NCBI GenBank assembly: GCA_002269645.1
Contig: NIVC01002297.1
Location: forward strand, 1-64,000
Length of the DNA: 64,000 nucleotides
Source of the DNA: Macrostomum lignano
Taxonomy: Eukaryota
Direction: 5' to 3'
How positions within the stretch are numbered: position 1 is the first letter of the stretch; each line of letters starts with the position of its first letter. Below the pieces are notes generated by a model, which was not told the origin of the DNA, searched no databases, and was given only the letters and a program-made list of their open reading frames with translations. Both the position numbers and the translations under genes were made by a program. Positions 36,781 through 48,978 of this stretch are shown piece by piece.

Positions 36781-37166
36781 GAAAGATCGAGCTAAATGGG
36801 TGCTGAACGAGTGACCCGATTGGTAAGTGTGCAGAGGTATTATTTCAATGTATTATTTCAGGTATTATTGCTAGGTATCAGTTATCAGGTATCTATTGCC
36901 TAGGTAAGAATCTGTCCAGTAAACTGTTGAGTTTAACACGAAGTCCCAAACGGACTGAAAAGCTGTTCGTATTAATAAAAATAAACTGATGCGAATGAAC
37001 ATTTCTAGGAAATCAATGGAGCTTCTCTTTGCCATCTGCGCCCGGGACTCCTTAAGCGGTTACACTGGGCAATCTCGAAAACTTGACGATGTAAAGAATT
37101 TACAAGCGTACAAAGATTCAGAGTAAGAGCTTAGTCTTAGTCTGTCCGACTCCAACATTCGAATGC

Positions 37167-37807
37167 TCAGGAGAGTCCAACATCCGGCACCTGGCTGTAG
37201 ATGCCAGTCATGACGCCCACGCTGATGGCCAGAAAGATCCAGAACAGCAGCCGGTCCACCAGCCTGGCCAGCGTCACCCAGGCCTCCGGGCCGCTGCACA
37301 CGCAGTTCACTAGCTGGTCGGGCCCCGCACTGTCTCGAAGACGCCGACTGCCCGGTGGCAGCGGCTGCTGACAGCGGCGGAATCGCTGTGGCGACTCGTC
37401 GTAGTCCAGCAGCGACAGGTGGCTCGGCAGGCGAGTCAGCGGCATCGGCCGTTCCGGCCCTCCGTTGCACCTGGCCTCCTCCTCGCCAGCGCCGCTGCCG
37501 ACGCCGTTGTCCCCGAGCACTGCCTCTTCAGGAGGTTGTCTGGACCGCGGCGGCTGGCTGAAGCTGAGCAGCCGGCTGACGTTGCCGCCAACGCCGCAGC
37601 GCGAGTCGCCTTGGAAATTGCGCCTCTGACGCCGCCGCCTCAGCTTCTGGCAGGCCTCGCAGTGCCAGGCGCGAAGGAAGGCGCGAATGAGGCGCGGCGG
37701 CAGCTGGCTGGGCGAGCAGGTGAATTTGCGCACGTGGATGTTGGTGACGATGACGCCCATCACTAGGGCTAGCGAAACCATCACCATGGTAACGCCGAAT
37801 AGGACGC
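37167..37807 (-). CDS. nAChR-like last exon (M3, cytoplasmic loop, M4)
   Basis: TTTCAG acceptor; VLFGVTMVMVSLALVMGVIVTNIH...WVTLARLVDRLLFWIF; stop at 37169-37167. Confidence 0.92.
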
Positions 37808-40800
37808 CTGAAAGTTGGTGATCGGGAGGAGACAGCTGCCGTTTCAGACTATACCTAGCCATTTCTAGCTATAATAAAGAAACTAATGCTATCGATTGCT
37901 AGAGCCCGATCAGCCTTCTGATCATGTGTCTATGCAAGATTTTATTGAAGACATTTGCTGACAAAAACTGGAAGAATTCGTTTTCAAAAGTGCAGGCCGT
38001 GTTTTTCAATTCGAGAGCAGAAAAACACGCGACCGACAGAGAGCAACAGGGAGTGACAATTTTGGGGGCGCAGCTGAAGTAAGTTGCCATTTTCTCAAGG
38101 ACCGCTCAGCCTGGATCGGACAGCTGCCGCTGACTTCCGTCCTCTCGACTTCCCCTTCGCCTGCAAGTGGCCCGGGGCCACTGGGGAAGGCTGGGCGGCT
38201 CTCTGATGAAGCTCCGGTCCTGAGATGAGATTGTCTCGAGTTACGGGCCGGAACATGCAGAGTGCAGGAAATCAATCAATATTAGTATTTCTCTCAGCTT
38301 TTGTTTATTCACAGACACGGGAAAATTAACTGCCGGGATGAAGGGCCCAGACTCAGATTATAAACAGGCGATTAACAGGCGGAACAAGCCGGCAAATCCG
38401 GGATTCGGTGACCGGCGTGCCGCTGGAGAGTCTGCAGCTGTCAGGTAGGAAGAGAATCGCTCACTTTTTCGCCTGAGTGAATTGCCGACTTTCTTCCCGA
38501 GCCGACAGTTTGGAAAAGTCAATTCCGCTTCTCGTGCTTCGCCAGTCCCGCTGAGCGGCCGAGACAAATCCTCTTAAGTCTGGTAAAGAAACAGCCATGA
38601 CACGAAGAGCTCCGCGTCTAGCAGAGATTTAATCCCCAAAAAAGCTCGGAGATTGCTAAACTGGGATGCACTTTGCGGTTGAGCTTAATTCTCCTTGTCT
38701 GTCCGATCCCGCTTTGAAATTAGGAGTGCCAAGTTTCAAGCCGCTTCACCGCTGGATAAGCAATCCAATCTAGCTGCTCGCAGTTAACCTGCAGACTCAC
38801 CAACCAGCGGAATGGCGTCCGGAGTCGGCGGCAGGGTGTCGCCTACGATGAGCAGGAACACCACCAGGGCCAGCAGGATGGTGAGCTCCAGGTTGACCTT
38901 CTCGCCGCTCTCGATCGGCAGAAAGAAGCCCAGAAAGCTGGCCAGGTACATCAGCAGGCAGGGGAAGATGAGGTTGAACACGTAGAACAGAGACCGCCGG
39001 GTCATGTCTACGATGATGGTGACGTCCGGCCAGGGCTCCGGCAGCAGGCGTAGAACCCGACGTCTCGCTTGAAGGAGATGCCGGACACGTTCCACTCCTG
39101 GTTGTCTTCCACGTAGTAGTTCTTGTTGGCGTCCACCTCCTCATCGTGCCAGACGTCCACCTCGTGCAGGTGGTAGGTCCAGCTGATGAAGGTCGTCATG
39201 CAGGTCTGCTTGTCGAATGGGAAGTAGCGCACGTTCAGAGTGCACGTGACCTTCACCACTGCCGGGAACATCCACAGGACGGAGCCGTTGTTCCACACGA
39301 TCACGTTTGTGGTCATGAACTTCTTGCTGCTCTCGTCCGCACTGCAGTTGAGAGTTGCAGGTCCGCCGTCACTCACTCGCTCACTCACTCACTCACTCAC
39401 TCACTCACTCACTCACTCACTCACTCACTCACTCACTCACTCACTCACTCACTCACTCACTCACTCACTCACACACTCACTCACTCACTCATTCACTCAC
39501 TCACTCACTCACTCATTCACTCACTCACTCACTCACTCACTCACTCACTCACTCACTCACTCACTCACTCACTCACTCACTCACTCACTCACTCACCCAC
39601 TCACTCACTCACTCACTCACTCACTCACTCACTCACTCACTCACTCACTCACTCACTCACTCACTCACTCACTCATTCACTCACTCACTCACTCACTCAC
39701 TCACTCACTCACTCACTCACTCACTCACTCATTCACTCACTCACTCACTCACTCACTCACTCACTCACTCACTCACTCACTCACTCACTCACTCACTCAC
39801 TCACTCACTCACTCACTCACTCACTCACTCACTCACTCACTCACTCACTCACTCACTCACTCACTCACTCACTCACTCACTCACTCACTCACTCACTCAC
39901 TCACTCACTCACTCACTCACTCACTCACTCACTCACTCACTCACTCACTCACTCACTCACTCACTCACTCACTCACTCACTCACTCACTCACTCACTCAC
40001 TTACTCACTGACTCAAACACTCACTCACTCACTCACTCACTCACTTACTCACTCACTCACTCACTCACTCACTCACTCACTCACTCACTCACTCATTCAC
40101 TCACATACTCACTCACTCACTCACTCACTCACTCACTCACTCACTCACTCACTCACTCACTCACTCACTCACTCACTCACTCACTCACTCACTCACTCAC
40201 TCACTCACTCACTCACTCACTCACTCACTCACTCACTCACTCACTCACTCACTCACTCACTCACTCACTCACTCACTCACTCACTCACTCACTCACTCAC
40301 TCACTCACTCACTCATTCACTCACTCACTCATTCACTCACTCACTCACTCACTCACTCACTCACTCACTCACTCACTCACTCACTCACTCACTCACTCAC
40401 TCACTCACTCACTCACTCACTCACTCACTCACTCACTCACTCACTCACTCACTCACTCACTCATTCACTCACTCACTCATTCACTCACTCACTCACTCAC
40501 TCACTCACTCATTCACTCACTCACTCACTCACTCACCCACTCACTCACTCACTCACTCACTCACTCACTCACTCACTCACTCACTCACTCACTCACTCAC
40601 TCACTCACTCACTCACTCACTCACTCACTCACTCACTCACTCACTCACTCACTCACTCACTCACTCACTCACTCACTCACTCACTCACTCACTCACTCAC
40701 TCGCTCACTCACTCACTCACTTACTCACTCACTCACTCACTCACTCACTCACTCACTCACTCACTCACTTAATTCACTTAATTCACTTACTTCACTCAAT

Positions 40801-43800
40801 TTTGAGCACAGTTACTAAAACTCTCCATTTTTAAGAATTTACTTTGTTATTCGCTCCTTCGGATTACCCTAAGCCAGCTGGTAGAAGCTTAAAATCCAGT
40901 TGATTTAAAAATGAATCATTCCATTTATCAAACAAGCAGCTTTCCCTGCAGCAAAAAACTAACAAGTGAAGCACGAGCCAAGCCAAGAGTCTGCTGGTGC
41001 GGCACCGGCCCAGCCAAAAGGCATGCAGAATGAGGCCTCATCAATGATGCTCAAAGGATGGAGGAGGCAGATAAGCCCACAGAATTTCTGGGGAGTTGGA
41101 CTGGTAGCTTATCCCCCACTGCCAGAGAAGTGGGATCATAAAACTGTTTTGGGGATTTTTGCTCATCGGGACACCCTCCCCTCACAGCCGGACAACGGAA
41201 AGGCAGGAAATGATGAGGCAGCGGCACCTGTGAAATAGCAGGGCTTGAGCACGAGAACGGGGCGCATTGGGAACAGCGGATGGAGAGTCCGGAAGCAACA
41301 CAGGGAATTTTAATGACCAGCTGCCCGCCTCCGCCATCCATCGCTTCCCGGCTTCTCTGCCACTTTTTGTTGCTTGCCACTGAACTGTTGCCACAGCAGG
41401 CACCTGACCAATGTCTGCTAGAACTGTTGCCACAGCAGGCACCTGACCAATGTCCGCTAGAACTGTTGCCACAGCAGGCACCTGACCAATGTCCGCTAGA
41501 ACTGTTGCCACAGCAGGCACCTGACCAATGTCTGCTAGAACTGTTGCCACAGCAGGCACCTGACCAATGTCCGCTAGAACTGTTGCCACAGCAGGCACCT
41601 GACCAATGTCCGCTAGAACTGTTGCCACAGCAGGCACCTGACCAATGTCTGCTAGAACTGTTGCCACAGCAGGCACCTGACCAATGTCCACTAGAACTGT
41701 TGCCACAGCAGGCACCTGACCAATGTCTGCTAGAACTGTTGCCACAGCAGGCACCTGACCAATGTCCGCTAGAACTGTTGCCACAGCAGGCACCTGACCA
41801 ATGTCTGCTAGAACTGTTGCCACAGCAGGCACCTGACCAATGTCCGCTAGAACTGTTGCCACAGCAGGCACCTGACCAATGTCCGCTAGAACTGTTGCCA
41901 CAGCAGGCACCTGACCAATGTCCGCTAGAACTGTTGCCACAGCAGGCACCTGACCAATGTCCACTAGAACTGTTGCCACAGCAGGCACCTGACCAATGTC
42001 TGCTAGAACTGTTGCCACAGCAGGCACCTGACCAATGTCCGCTAGAACTGTTGCCACAGCAGGCACCTGACCAATGTCCACTAGAACTGTTGCCACAGCA
42101 GGCACACTGACCAATGTCCGCTAGAACTGTTGCCACAGCAGGCACACTGACCAATGTCCGCTAGAACTGTTGCCACAGCAGGCACCTGACCAATGTCCAC
42201 TAGAACTGTTGCCACAGCAGGCACCTGACCAATGTCCACTAGAACTGTTGCCACAGCAGGCACACTGACCAATGTCCGCTAGAACTGTTGCCACAGCAGG
42301 CACCTGACCAATGTCCACTAGAACTGTTGCCACAGCAGGCACCTGACCAATGTCCGCTAGAACTGTTGCCACAGCAGGCACCTGACCAATGTCCGCTAGA
42401 CCTGTTGCCACAGCAGGCACCCGACCTAGCAGTGTTTTGCATCTTGGTTTAACGGTATTTTCAAGCGGTCATTGCACCAGATACAGAGTTGATAAATAAT
42501 AGTGCAGTAAATATTTGCATTCCTTTTTGATTAGGCAAAATCCACGTCTAGATTTGGTGATGTTCGAGCGTGTGTATGATATATATATGAAGATGAATTG
42601 TTCATTCTTAATAGTAATGACTGATTAGCTCTGCGCTTCTTCTATGCAAGATGGTCAGATATCGTCGGTAAATTCATTCTGCAGACTGGAATGCGTGAAA
42701 TACACATGGAGATTACCTACTGGCTGAGCCAGGCTTGCAGTGTAAGGTTTGGGGCCCACTCTCTGGGAATTTGATGCAACACTGAGAATTTACCTTGATT
42801 GATTAGAACCTGCAACTAATCTCACTGATAACCCTCACCCACACACTGCAAACCCTCACCCACACACTGCTAGCCCTCACCCACACACTGCTAGCCCTCA
42901 CCCACACACTGCAAACCCTCACCCACACACTGCCAGCCCTCACCCACACACTGATAGCCCTCACCCACACACTGGTAGCCCTCACCCACACACTGCTAGC
43001 CCTCACTCACACTGCTAGCCCTCACTCACACTGCTAGCCCTCACCCACACACTGCTAGCCCTCACCCACCCACTGCTAGCCCTCACCCACACATTGCAAA
43101 CCCTCACCCACACACTGCCAGCCCTCACCCACACACTGATAGCCCTCACCCACACACTGCTAGCCCTCACTCACACTGCTAGCCCTCACTCACACTGCTA
43201 GCCCTCACCCACACACTGCTAGCCCTCACCCACCCACTGCTAGCCCTCACCCACACATTGCAAACCCTCACCCACACACTGCCAGCCCTCACCCACACAC
43301 TGATAGCCCTCACCCACACACTGCCAGCCCTCACCCACACACTGATAGCCCTCACCCACACACTGCCAGCCCTCACCCACACACTGCTAGCCCTCACTCA
43401 CACTGCTAGCCCTCACCCACACACTGCTAGCCCTCACCCACACACTGCTAGCCCTCACCCACACACTGCTAGCCCTCACCCACACACTGCTAGCCCTCAC
43501 CCATACACTGCTAGCCCTCACCCACACACTGCTAGCCCTCACCCACACACTGCTAGCCCTCACTCACACTGCTAGCCCTCACCCACACGCTGATAGCCCT
43601 CACCCACACACTGCCAGCCCTCACCCACACACTGCTAGCCCTCACTCACACTGCTAGCCCTCACCCACACACTGCTAGCCCTCACCCACACACTGCTAGC
43701 CCTCACCCACACACTGCTAGCCCTCACCCATACACTGCTAGCCCTCACCCACACACTGCTAGCCCTCACCCACACACTGCCAGCCCTCACCCACACACTG

Positions 43801-46800
43801 ATAGCCCTCACCCACACACTGCCAGCCCTCACCCACACACTGATAGCCCTCACCCACACACTGCCAGCCCTCACCCACACACTGCTAGCCCTCACTCACA
43901 CTGATAGCCCTCACCCACACACTGCTAGCCCTCACCCACACACTGCTAGCCCTCACCCACACACTGCTAGCCCTCACCCACACACTGCTAGCCCTCACCC
44001 ATACACTGCTAGCCCTCACCCACACACTGCCAGCCCTCACCCACACACTGCTAGCCCTCACTCACACTGCTAGCCCTCACCCACACACTGCTAGCCCTCA
44101 CCCACACACTGCTAGCCCTCACCCACACACTGCTAGCCCTCACCCACACACTGCAAACCCTCACCCACACACTGCTAGCCCTCACCCACCCACTGCTAGC
44201 CCTCACACACACACTGCTAGCCCTCACCCATACACTGCTAGCCCTCACCCACACACTGCTAGCCCTCACCCACCCACAGCTAGCCCTCACCCACACACTG
44301 CTAGCCCTCACCCACCCACTGCTAGCCCTCACCCACCCACTGCTAGCCCTCACACACACACTGCTAGCCCTCACCCATACACTGCTAGCCCTCACCCACC
44401 CACTGCTAGCCCTCACCCACCCACTGCTAGCCCTCACCCACCCACTGCTAGCCCTCACCCACCCACTGCTAGCCCTCACCCACCCACTGCCAGCCCTCAC
44501 CCACACACTGCCAGCCCTCACCCACACACTGCTAGCCCTCACCCACACACTGCTAGCCCTCACCCACACACTGCTAGCCCTCACCCACACACTGCTAGCC
44601 CTCACCCACACACTGCTAGCCCTCACCCATACACTGCTAGCCCTCACCCACACACTGCTAGCCCTCACCCACACACTGCTAGCCCTCACCCATACACTGC
44701 TAGCCCTCACCCACACACTGCTAGCCCTCACCCACCCACAGCTAACCCTCACTTTTAGCAGTCAATAAAAATTCAATAAATCACGTGCAGTCGGCATGCT
44801 GCGAAATCAAAATTTTGAGAGCAAGGCGAAGAGCAATTAATAAAAGTTTCGGGTACTTGAGCACATTTTGTTTAAACAAAAGCTCTCACCTGATGGAATG
44901 AGAATGGCTGAAACAAGCATGGGGGCTCACGTATGTTTTGCGCTCACTTTGCAAAATCAGATTTGACTCAAGCATCACACTGTCACGTCATGTCAACCCA
45001 TGTCATTTAGGCAACAAATCACCCAGCTGGGCAATACCTGTTCGATATGACAATATCCGGTGTCCAAATTGCACTGGAAGGAATATGCAAATTCGTGGTG
45101 CCGTTGTAGTCGGCCGGGTCCCAGTTCAGGTACTCGTCAGTCCAGCGCTGAGGGAAGGGTCAAACCAGCTTGGAGTTGGTCTATGGCCAATGGGAATAGT
45201 TGCCTTCGATGGGGAGTTCCAATTTGTGAAAGCGGAACTCCGAAAATGATCCCTAATTTGCTAACAATGGCAATGGTGTGTTTGGGCCGCTGCTCCCTCG
45301 GGTCCTTCGGTGTTTGGGCCGCTGCTCCCTCGGGTCCTTTGGTGTATTTGGACCGCTGCTCCCTCGGGTCCTTCGGTGTTTGGGCCGCTGCTCCCTCGGG
45401 TCCTTCGGTGTTTGGGCCGCTGCTCCGTCGGGTCCTTTGGTGTGTTTGGGCCGCTGCTCCCTCAGGTCCTTTGGTGTGTTTGGGCCGCTGCTCCGTCGGG
45501 TCCTTTGGTGTGTTTGGGCCGCTGCTCCCTCAGGTCCTTCAGTGTGCTTGGACCATGTCTATCAGTGGTCATCGCGTGTCTTTGTTCTAATAATAATAAT
45601 AAAAAATTATTATTATAATAATAATATTATTAATAATAATTGATTAAAACAGCTTCAATTGGGCCAGATGCGCAATCGATAGCTCAGCCGCAGCTATTGT
45701 GCGGCGCGTCTGAAGGCTGCGTACGGCTTTTCAGACCAAGGACTGGGGGGTCGCCACACACAGCCTCAATTACCCCAGCTAATGCTGGCACCCATTTTAC
45801 AGCTGAGTGAACTGAAGCAGAGTTGTGTCTTGTTCAAGGACACAACTTGTTCCGATTGGGTCGAGAATCGAACCCCCGACCTTTCATTAGTGATTCCACC
45901 GCTCTAACCACTAGGCTACAACCCATATCTTTTTTGCCATTTCCAAACGTATTTTATATTGAACAGCATTTTGAAAAGCGAAAACAGCCACAAGAGACCT
46001 GGCCCAAAGGTTAAAGTCCTTTCGGAAGATGATAAACATTACAGAAGAAGGATAACTACTGGCTCATCGTTTCTGTCTGAGATTTTTAGTCTGACTTTGA
46101 TCTTTAGTGCTCCAGGCTGTTCTGCCCAGGAACACGTTTGAATAGCGAGTGACCGCCGAGGTAACTGAAATTTAATTGAAAGCGAAAGCTGCACAGGCTA
46201 AGAAAGCATTTACAGAGAATAAAGATAGGTAGGGTCAGGTTAACTGAGTACGTTTTCGCTAGTGAAATATGAAAGGAGTGATCGCAATCGGTGCAAGCAA
46301 TGAGAAGCCTTTGAGAAATAAAGATGGAGAAGCGAAATTGCTGAGTTACTGCCGCTAAAATGCTATTTTAAGGTGTTTATTGTCCTGTCTATCCGATATT
46401 TTCACCTTTTTCTATACCCCATATGTAATATTGCTCTCCAACCGACTGTGTGCTCTTCCCAATGAGCACTGCTCGTCAGCACAACAAAGAGCGAAGCTGC
46501 ACTCACCAATCTGATTGACATCAGGGCCGAGAAAGTCTGATGTTTTTCATCCTGCAACCAGTTCAGTGAGGCCGTGTTAAAATGTTTTGACAGATCAACG
46601 GCTTTGGTAAATTGGCTTGCAAGGATTGAGGATACCAGTGCCCAGTGTTACGCAATGCACTGACCGTATCCAGGATGTGAAACAGCGCCACAGCGAGATG
46701 CACCCGGATTTGGGCGCTGTCGTCCTGCACAGGCCTGGATGTTCTGTCGTAGCCGCACAGCAGAGCCTCTTTGACTCGCTGCTCATTGGAACAGGTCCGC

Positions 46801-46991
46801 CGGAGGCAGTGGTCCAGGCACTGGTTGGCCAGGCGGTTGATGGTGTCCGAGCGGCCGCCACCACTGTAGCCGCTGTCCGAGCCCCGGCCTGAGGCGGCCG
46901 TGCCCAAGTTGTTCACCTTGGAGGCCCGGATACTTGAGGCAGTTAGCGCAGCCAGCAGTGCGCAGAGGACTGGCAGCTGCCGGGCTGACAT
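37167..46991 (-). CDS. Cys-loop ligand-gated ion channel, nicotinic acetylcholine receptor alpha-type subunit (~554 aa)
   Basis: Minus-strand exons: 46991-46665, 46551-46507, 45147-45038, 39341-38801 (1-bp frameshift at ~39040), 37807-37167. The total is divisible by 3 once one base is restored. Contains signal peptide, YDRTSRPV, WTDEYLNW, WTPDIV, Cys-loop CTLNVRYFPFDKQTC, SWTY, YACC, GEK-M2, M3 and M4. Confidence 0.93.
38801..39341 (-). CDS. nAChR-like exon (Cys-loop, loops B/C, M1, M2)
   Basis: ORFs 39008..39388 and 38784..39095 overlap at YACC/PEPWPD; CTGCAG acceptor and GTGAGT donor. Confidence 0.92.
39369..40770. repeat. (TCAC)n / (GAGT)n microsatellite, ~1.4 kb, intronic
   Basis: About 350 tetranucleotide units with scattered variants. 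Confidence 0.98.
41381..42425. repeat. Intronic minisatellite, 39-bp unit ACTGTTGCCACAGCAGGCACCTGACCAATGTCCGCTAGA
   Basis: About 26 copies with no spacers. Confidence 0.98.
42830..44752. repeat. Intronic minisatellite, 21-bp unit CCCTCACCCACACACTGCTAG
   Basis: About 90 copies in 1.9 kb. Confidence 0.98.
45038..45147 (-). CDS. nAChR-like 110-nt exon (loop A)
   Basis: CCCTCAG acceptor and AG/GTATTG donor; encodes RWTDEYLNWDPADYNGTTNLHIPSSAIWTPDIVISN. Confidence 0.92.
45277..45545. repeat. Intronic minisatellite, 32-34-bp unit GTGTTTGGGCCGCTGCTCCCTCGGGTCCTTCG
   Basis: About 8 copies. Confidence 0.94.
45588..45925 (-). mobile_element. tRNA-derived CORE-type SINE with (TTA)n tail
   Basis: Minus strand reads A-box TAGCCTAGTGG, B-box GGTTCGATTC, then TGTGTCCTTGAACAAGACAC...CAGCTGTAAAATGGG (resembles the MIR/CORE domain TGTGACCTTGGGCAAGTCAC...CATCTGTAAAATGGG), and ends in a TTA/AT-rich tail. 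Confidence 0.8.
46507..46551 (-). CDS. nAChR-like 45-nt exon (loop D strand)
   Basis: TTGCAG acceptor and GTGAGT donor; DEKHQTFSALMSIRL matches the conserved 45-nt DEKNQ exon of nAChRs. Confidence 0.88.
46665..46991 (-). CDS. nAChR-like exon 1 (signal peptide, N-terminal extension, alpha1 helix)
   Basis: ATG at 46991; MSARQLPVLCALLAALTASS...GYDRTSRPV...LFHILDT; GTCAGT donor. Confidence 0.85.
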
Positions 46992-48046
46992 GGACTGGCT
47001 GACCTGCTGCCTACTGTAACGATTCCTGTACAGGCCTGGGAGAGATCGATAGCCCAAAGCTGTATCGGCAGCGATTTTAAACCGTTTGGTAGTGAAATCG
47101 GCAATATGAGGAGAGTTGGCTGCCGTCAGCCAATCGCATTGAAGCTGCGCTACTGCCTTTTGAGGCTCTCTACGATTGAACAGCGGACTGTCAGCCTGTG
47201 GGGAGGACCTTGCCCGGCTGAACTGAGGCCAGCTTGATGCGGTTGATGCTTTTAGACTAAAGTTTCCCGCCAGTCAGTCAATCCAATTAGCGGTCAGACT
47301 GTTTCATAGCCTGCGTGGCAGCGCTGGGGTGATTGTAATTTTTACAAGCTCCACTGCCTGGCGCACTATGCCTGCTGCGGTGCTGTTACGGTGGCAAATT
47401 GCAATTAAAACAAAGCGCACACACGAAGGCCTGGTTCGTAATTGACTCGAGAAGGCTGCTTGCACCAGCGATTCATTTATCCCAGCTGATCGAGTGAGGT
47501 CCGGGTGAGTACACTCGCAAATAAATTTTCTTATCACTAGATAAAAGTCTCTTTGTCTACTGAAAGTAGCCACCTACATAGCTAAATTCCTATGATCAAA
47601 TTTTAATTTTCAACTAGTTGGCAGTCAGGTTGATCAAGCAGGAACAGCCGGTGAACCTCCGGTAACGCCGCAGATCCATGAAAACGTCCGAGACTAGACC
47701 ATCGAGATAGAAGAGCTTCTGACATCGCCTGAACCGATGTACGAGATACATGTCACGTGACTGACAGTCAATTTATCTGCCTGTTATGCATGTAAATTCC
47801 ATAGATAGCTGCATTTTTGGCATTTCAAAGTTGAATCGAAGTACATGTACAAGAGCGAGGATTTTCGCATGTGAGGCTTTCTAGCTAGCTCTGCTCAGCT
47901 CACTTTGAGAAGTTTAGATGTACCTTTTCCAAAACCTCTGAGCAGAGTTGCGATTCAACACCCATGAGGGCCAAACAGAGAGTGTTATTTATTGATTAAA
48001 AAGTCAGGGCCACTGCACACCCCGTGTGAGCGTGTGTGCGAGTCTC

Positions 48047-48253
48047 CGCACGCTTGTTCTGACCTTCACCTGTTACAAGTAGAAAACTCAGCCCATACCG
48101 GCACACCTCTGAGTATCCGCACGCTTGTTCTGACCTTCACCTGTTACAAGTTGAAAACTCAGCCCATACCGGCACACCTCTGAGTATCCGCACGCTTGTT
48201 CTGACCTTCACCTGTTACAAGTTGAACACTCAGCCCATACCGGCACACCTCTG
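48047..48253. repeat. Tandem repeat, ~70-bp unit, 3 copies
   Basis: CACGCTTGTTCTGACCTTCACCTGTTACAAG...CCATACCGGCACACCTCTG repeated. Confidence 0.92.
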
Positions 48254-48978
48254 CAGCATAGCTTGTAGATACATGATAATTTCGAGTTTACACTTTAAGA
48301 TAATAAATGTACACAAAATCCGGAATAGTACCGGTAATATATATTTACTTTTAATTATATCGGCTAAAATTTGCGTCTATATACTCGCAGAATCAAAGCA
48401 GGGACAAAAAATAGGCGAGCAATCCATACAGGTAGATGGCGGGCTGGTGTTGGGGACTCAAATAGGGCTATAATGAGATCAGTAAAGCAATGAGCGGAAC
48501 AAAGCCGTGATTAACAATCAGTCACTCTGAATGCTGTAATCTTGCTCTACTGGAACAAGCTTTGCTGGGGGGGGGGGCTTTAAAAAGGCGAGTGCAGGTG
48601 AGGCAGCTGATAATTATAGTAGTGCAACAACTGGTAGAAACGCTTTCCATCGGATAGTGCTAGAATAGCGCAATGCACAACAGAAATGAAACGCAAGTGA
48701 TTAAGGATGCTAAAGCAGATTGCTTTTCACTCTTTCCAAATTCAGTATACTGTAGAATTTTTTCGCATATTGGGTATCATTGGAAAGTATTCGCGCAGGT
48801 GCAATCGGTACACGTAAATGTTCACCTTAGTGTGCGCCTACAGACGAAAGTGCGCAAACCGTGCCGCCAACGCAGCAATACTCGTACAAGCAGGTGGTGC
48901 ATGAACCGCAGTGAAGAGCCATTTCGACTATGCTTGCTGAAGACTTGAGTTAAAGCAATTTTAAGCCTTGCTGTCAAG

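Noticed and set aside
39146-40834. Long THSL-repeat ORFs (562, 510 and 218 aa)
   Set aside because: These are translations of the (TCAC)n microsatellite, antisense to the nAChR intron.
41381-42425. 39-bp (and 26-, 35-bp) regularly spaced repeats as a CRISPR array
   Set aside because: The units are head-to-tail with no unique spacers, there are no cas genes, and the context is a eukaryotic intron.
41051-44752. Cys-rich (CCGNSSSGHWSGA) and WVRASSV repeat ORFs resembling keratin-associated or adhesive proteins
   Set aside because: They are translations of 39- and 21-bp arrays open in several frames at once, with no signal peptide or splice support.
42830-44752. Telomeric or interstitial telomere repeat (CCCTCA-like)
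   Set aside because: The unit is 21 bp with only one CCCTCA-like hexamer; it is not (TTAGGG)n.
45865-45920. tRNA gene
   Set aside because: The A and B boxes are followed by a CORE domain and tail rather than a tRNA acceptor stem and terminator, so this is a SINE head.
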